Assembly (NCBI GenBank): GCA_963788195.1 | Contig: CAWBGA010000017.1 | Coordinates: 800,001-864,000, forward strand | From: Nitrospirota bacterium | Lineage (GTDB): Bacteria; Nitrospirota; Nitrospiria; Nitrospirales; NS-4 | Direction: 5' to 3' | Length of the DNA: 64,000 bases | In this document: in pieces, positions 59,997-64,000 of the stretch | How the letters are laid out: each line of letters opens with the position of its first letter | Numbering within the stretch: the stretch's first letter is position 1 | Made by a program: the position numbers and the translations under genes | The notes under the pieces: model-generated | Databases searched by the model: none | Seen by the model: the letters and a program-made list of their open reading frames with translations, nothing else | Told to the model about the DNA's origin: nothing

Positions 59997-60299
59997 ATGT
60001 TCGTCTGGAGTAAACGACTGGCGGTTGGGGGGCTGATCCTGTTTGGCCTTTTTGAGGCTTTCTTGATTTTTCAGGTATCGTCGCAGGGAACAAGCACGTT
60101 GCCGCCCCGGACAATCCAGGACCTGCTGATCAAGTACGCGCTTCTTAACTACGGCCTCCTGGCCGTGTGGGCCTTTATCTGGATGTTCGATCAAGCCCGC
60201 GTTCGTGGGGTCAACCTGTCACTCTGGGCCGTGCCGTTCTTGTTCGCACCCCTGCCGACATTATTGGTGTTTATTCTGGTCCTTCAGAGGCGACGGTAA
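59997..60299 (+). CDS. Small membrane protein
   Basis: Three hydrophobic segments; GGAG SD. Confidence 0.6.
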   Translation: MFVWSKRLAVGGLILFGLFEAFLIFQVSSQGTSTLPPRTIQDLLIKYALLNYGLLAVWAFIWMFDQARVRGVNLSLWAVPFLFAPLPTLLVFILVLQRRR

Positions 60300-60325
60300 A
60301 CCGAACACATCGAAAGGGATACCGC

Positions 60326-60556
60326 ATGATCGAGTACAAAATCGGAGGGCCTCTGAAGCAATTCACCGCGCTCGAAAAAACGCGCGCGGTGGCGGAGTTC
60401 CTGTCCACCCGCATGGTACGCGCTCTTGAGAGCAACGATGCAGTGGAACTGCATTATCTGCTCGCCACTCTCGATGACTACCATGGCTATCTGTGGCGGT
60501 ATTACCAGAACCTGGAAAAAACTCAGGCTCCGGTGCGTGAAGCCGCGTCGGACTGA
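60326..60556 (+). CDS. Small hypothetical protein (MIEYKIGGPLKQF...)
   Basis: AAGGGA SD; helical composition. Confidence 0.55.
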   Translation: MIEYKIGGPLKQFTALEKTRAVAEFLSTRMVRALESNDAVELHYLLATLDDYHGYLWRYYQNLEKTQAPVREAASD

Positions 60557-60605
60557 ACATGGACAGCTTCATCCGCGCCATGACCAGACTTGGTTATGAC
60601 ATTGA

Positions 60606-61026
60606 CACCCGCCCACCAAACAAAGCTTGCTCGCCACTACACCCAGCCCACCCCAGAACTCGCCAGGACGAGTTCGTCTCGCCCGTGGGCCTGATGATTA
60701 TTTAAGGCCGCCGGGGTAGTTTCTGTCCCTGTATTTGTATTGCGCCCGCCATTCCACCCCACATAACACCCACCACCCCGCGGCCGCCAAGACAGCCGCT
60801 TTTCCCGTGGCCCCGAGCTCGCCATTGCACCCAGCCCGCCCTGGAGTTTGCCAGGACAAACTCCTTTGCCCCTGACGAGCTCGTCCCTCCCGTGGCCTGG
60901 AGTCATCTCGACCCTTTGCAAGTGAAGGCAAGGGGTGCCCCGGCAGACTCCTTAGCCCATTTCACCCACCCACCCTGAAATCTGCCAAGACAGATTTCTT
61001 TGCCCCTGGACAGCCTCTTTTCCCAG
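60606..61026 (+). repeat. Cluster of CCNRGA-loop hairpin repeats
   Basis: Hairpins at 60656-60675, 60780-60799, 60843-60864 and 60977-60998. Confidence 0.85.
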
Positions 61027-61149
61027 GGAAGTTTGCTTAAAAAAACCATTATAGGGTATACTACGGTCATGAACACGACACGTCCTGCCCTCAATAGCGC
61101 AGTCGTAACGGCCAGAGTAATAGCAGGGTACAGAGAAGATTACCCCGGC

Positions 61150-61710
61150 ATGATCATCGGCGAAACTATTCCCGATTACAGCCTGCAGGCCTTTCATGAG
61201 GAAGCCACCAAGCAGATTAATCTATCCGATTACCGGGGAAAGTGGCTGGTGTTGATCTTTTATCCGGGAGACTTCACATTTGTTTGTCCCACTGAACTTT
61301 ACGAAGCAGCGGAGCTATATCCCGAGTTTCAAAAACTCCAGGCGGAAATTCTCAGCGTGAGCACCGATTCGGTGTTTGTCCATAAGGCCTGGCACGACAC
61401 GTCCCCGTTGATCAAAAAGATTACCTATCCAATGGTCGCGGATCCCACTGGCCGTCTGTGCCGGGAATTCGGCGCGTACTTGGAAGATGAAGGAGTGGCG
61501 CTGAGAGGAAGTTTTCTTGTCGATCCCGACGGCGTGCTCAAAACCATGGAGATTCACGATAATAGCATCGGCAGGAGCATGCATGAGCTATTGAGGAAGC
61601 TCCAGGCGGCAACGTATGTACGTAACCATCAGGGTGAAGTATGCCCTGCAGGTTGGGCTCCGGGTGAAAAAACCCTCACCCCAAGCTTGGGCTTGGTTGG
61701 CAAGCTGTAG
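61150..61710 (+). CDS. ahpC: 2-Cys peroxiredoxin AhpC
   Basis: FYPGDFTFVCPTE, SVSTDS...HKAW, GEVCPAGW. Confidence 0.94.
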   Translation: MIIGETIPDYSLQAFHEEATKQINLSDYRGKWLVLIFYPGDFTFVCPTELYEAAELYPEFQKLQAEILSVSTDSVFVHKAWHDTSPLIKKITYPMVADPTGRLCREFGAYLEDEGVALRGSFLVDPDGVLKTMEIHDNSIGRSMHELLRKLQAATYVRNHQGEVCPAGWAPGEKTLTPSLGLVGKL

Positions 61711-61712
61711 AA

Positions 61713-62009
61713 TTACCCTCCCGCCGGTTTGTAGCTCACCACCACTGTCCTGGGGCCGATCTTTGCTTCTGTCTCCCCCCATTGGTAGACAAATTCCTGG
61801 GTACCGATATCTTCGGGGATGAGCACCTGCACCACCCACTTCGGTGAGGTCATGGTGATCACGCGCCCCTCCTGATGAATGTCGATCGGGCAGTTTGTTG
61901 GGGCAAGCACGGCCTTGACTTCCTGACGTTCTGAATACACCTCTCCGCTTACGAAGCACACAGGTCCCGTCTCAGCCACCAAGAGCGCAGAGAGTATTAA
62001 CTCTATCAT
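61713..62009 (-). CDS. Small exported hypothetical protein
   Basis: Hydrophobic N-terminus, Cys pair, GGAG SD. Confidence 0.5.
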   Translation of the reverse strand: MIELILSALLVAETGPVCFVSGEVYSERQEVKAVLAPTNCPIDIHQEGRVITMTSPKWVVQVLIPEDIGTQEFVYQWGETEAKIGPRTVVVSYKPAGG

Positions 62010-62155
62010 TCTTTTTTCTCTCCGGATCGTTTACCAGCAGGTTGGATCTTACTAGCAGGTAGAAGCATTTCGCTCAAGAGACATTTTACCCCGGCAATTG
62101 GAAGAAACGTCTAACCCACCATGAGAGGAATAAAAGCTGCGGGGGAAAACTGTCT

Positions 62156-62761
62156 TTAGCGCGAGACCAGCGGCGAACTAGACAAAGAATGGGGGGATTC
62201 CGAAAAAGTTCTTTCAATTATCGCTGCCTTATAGCCTTTGTTCTCCATGCATTCGGTGGTGCTGTTTGAAGCCTTGAACTGCTGTTCGGTACAGTTGATA
62301 TAGTCCTGTCGCACCGTAGCTTCGGACTGACCATCCCGGATGTACACATAATCTGGAGTGCAGGCTGCAAAAAGGCCGACCATCAAAGTGATGCAGCCAA
62401 CCAGAAGAAGACCCCCTGTGAGAGACCCGCGGCCTTCCAGCATGGATACATGTTTCAGGGCGCTTTCCGGTCGCCAAGTCAATTCTCCAAAGACTTGTTG
62501 ATGGGTCATTATCGTTGGTCCATTGAGTATAACGCCTAACTGACGCCATCCCGAAGGAGTGGCTGCGATATTTTCAACAAGTCTCAAGCCCATGACGTGT
62601 TCGATGTATTGAGCGATCATCCGGCCAAAGGTAGGGTCTGTTTCGCTCTTAACAAGAATCATCAATCCAGCCTGTTGAGGATCGAGTCTTATGACAGCGC
62701 CCAGGTGAACTGCATACTGCTCCAGTAGGTCCATTGCAGGACTACTCTGATCTCGGCTCAT
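62156..62761 (-). CDS. Hypothetical protein with a C-terminal lipoprotein-like two-Cys domain
   Basis: Internal FAAC lipobox-like segment, then GQSE...DYINC...ECMENKGY, similar to 44297..44536. Confidence 0.55.
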   Translation of the reverse strand: MSRDQSSPAMDLLEQYAVHLGAVIRLDPQQAGLMILVKSETDPTFGRMIAQYIEHVMGLRLVENIAATPSGWRQLGVILNGPTIMTHQQVFGELTWRPESALKHVSMLEGRGSLTGGLLLVGCITLMVGLFAACTPDYVYIRDGQSEATVRQDYINCTEQQFKASNSTTECMENKGYKAAIIERTFSESPHSLSSSPLVSR

Positions 62762-62897
62762 TCGTTACTCCGGTCGTCCAAGGGGCAATCGAGTACTCCA
62801 GGCCATGGGAGAAGGACACGTCCCAACCCAACGCGTCCAGGGACGGGTGGGTGTCATGGCGGTGCAATAAAGGACCAGCCTGCCGGGGGTTATGAAA

Positions 62898-62913
62898 AGC
62901 AATGGATATGCCA
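62898..62913 (-). promoter_or_regulatory. Sigma54 promoter (canonical)
   Basis: Minus strand TGGCATATCCATTGCT = TGGCA-N6-TTGC. Confidence 0.7.
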
Positions 62914-63086
62914 GGGATGCCGCCCCGCGCAACACGAGTATATCCAGTAACTTAGGTAATTCCAGGGAAGAGCGGTCGGCGATAAACTGCCAATGTTATA
63001 AGGATGTGCGGCGTCTTTTTGACAAAAGCGGACAAAGGCCTGACTGGGGTAGGGTCCAAGGTTGGATAGGGGAAGAGAGAAACGGG

Positions 63087-63278
63087 TTAGAAAAGAGGGG
63101 GTTGGGGTCCTGGGACCATACCAGCCAAATCCGGATCTTCTCCATCCCTTCTTGGAGGAGGGACCGCCGCTTTCTCAGCTTTGCGCTGCGAGCGCCGTTC
63201 CTCTTTTTCTTTCTGCTTTGCTTGCTTGGCTCGCTCGCGATCGCGCTTCGCGAGCGTGGCTTTTCCTGGTCTGGGAAT
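63087..63278 (-). CDS. Small basic protein, 63 aa, with an apparent ATT start
   Basis: (M)PRPGKATLAKRDRERAKQAKQKEKEERR...GEDPDLAGMVPGPQPPLF; AGGGGG SD 6 nt before ATT; no in-frame ATG/GTG/TTG back to the upstream TAG. Confidence 0.65.
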   Translation of the reverse strand: MPRPGKATLAKRDRERAKQAKQKEKEERRSQRKAEKAAVPPPRRDGEDPDLAGMVPGPQPPLF

Positions 63279-63302
63279 CCGAGGCCCCCTTTTGTCGACG
63301 GT

Positions 63303-63342
63303 GAATGTCGGGCAGGGAAAAAATATTCCCTGCCCGACATTC
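63303..63342 (-). terminator. 17-bp perfect hairpin after the RRM gene (terminator or mRNA stabiliser)
   Basis: GAATGTCGGGCAGGGAA-N6-TTCCCTGCCCGACATTC; no strong U-tract on the minus strand. Confidence 0.6.
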
Positions 63343-63358
63343 TTATTCTAGCACAAAA

Positions 63359-63664
63359 CTACCAGCGCGCGCCGCTGCCGCCTCGGTCATTCATTCCTCC
63401 GCCGCCAGTTCGCTTCTCCTGGGGACGGGCTTCATTAACGGTAATCGTGCGACCACCCATTTGGGTGCCGTTAAGTGAGGTAATTGCCTTCTGGGCTTCT
63501 TCGGAAGTCGCCATCTCGACAAATCCGAAACCCCGAGCCTGGCCGGTCACGCGGTCAGTGATAACCTTCGCAGAGGTGACTGCACCCTGCTGGGAAAACA
63601 GCTCTTGCAGCTGTTGCTCTGTGACCGAATACGGCAGCCCGCCCACATATAACTTGATACTCAT
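63359..63664 (-). CDS. RRM (RNP-1) RNA-binding protein with a Gly-rich tail
   Basis: KLYVGGL (RNP2), RGFGFVEM (RNP1), VNEARP. Confidence 0.93.
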   Translation of the reverse strand: MSIKLYVGGLPYSVTEQQLQELFSQQGAVTSAKVITDRVTGQARGFGFVEMATSEEAQKAITSLNGTQMGGRTITVNEARPQEKRTGGGGMNDRGGSGARW

Positions 63665-63860
63665 CCGCGCTTCTCCTTGGTGATCGCGACGCTATCTTGT
63701 AAGTAAGGAATGAAATGGCTCAGGTGAGCACCGAAGGCGACAGCGAGGAAACGTCTTCAGAGCAGGCTTTACCGATTAGATCCCTACCGCAAGGCACAAT
63801 CGCTGGGTCTTTCTTCGTAGCGCTTCATTGCCAGACCCTTCAACAATGAACCGCAACCTC

Positions 63861-63889
63861 ACCCTAGCACACGGGGCGGATAGAGGCAA
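63861..63889 (-). promoter_or_regulatory. Putative sigma70 promoter of the RRM gene, giving a ~190-nt leader
   Basis: TTGCCT-17 nt-TAGGGT with an extended TG. Confidence 0.45.
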
Positions 63890-64000
63890 GCCCTATCACG
63901 AGGGGCGGTTATGACCCTATGAACGGGTTGACGTCGTGCAGTCGCAGCGACTATAATCTGGCTTCATTAGCCGTTTGCGACGTCCGAAGCTGGCGTCTTG

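Noticed and set aside
60606..61026. CRISPR array interpretation of the repeat clusters (also 42595-42968)
   Set aside because: Units are degenerate and irregularly spaced with variable stems; there is no constant repeat with unique spacers, and no cas genes.
62892..63683. 263-aa plus-strand ORF and the 114-aa ORF 62996..63340
   Set aside because: They are antisense or out of frame to the RRM gene and the small ATT-start ORF, and cross the hairpin and promoter.

Overview
A 64-kb chromosomal segment of a GC-rich Gram-negative bacterium. Gene content and order suggest Nitrospirota (inference, not verified). Most of it is housekeeping: pilD plus a two-component/sigma54 operon, rlmB-cysS-tRNA-Pro-merR-ihfA, cimA-lysC-apgM-thrC-hom-alaC, uvrA, recN-trxA-lptD-folC-accD, moaC-moaD/E-moaA, folB, lgt, queC, htrA, dksA, apt, acyP, htpX and ahpC. 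The notable parts are these. (1) A dispersed repeat family of short hairpins with a near-invariant G-CCNRGA-C loop and fully covarying stems occurs at five loci, and one cluster sits in frame inside a NUDIX hydrolase gene. (2) An apparent PilZ-aldehyde dehydrogenase fusion lies directly upstream of a 7TM-GAF histidine kinase, a candidate signal-enzyme/sensor module. (3) ~143-bp tandem repeats downstream of tRNA-Pro(CGG) carry the tRNA 3' end and a sequence complementary to its T-arm. (4) A small basic ORF appears to start at ATT downstream of an RRM gene that has a long 5' leader. (5) An exported protein carries PHM/DBH-like copper-monooxygenase ligand motifs. (6) Several sigma54 promoters are present, two with an atypical GT at -12. 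Four +1 frameshifts (lysC, the 7TM kinase, and two in PilZ-ALDH) most likely reflect assembly errors. No CRISPR array, transposase or integrase was seen.
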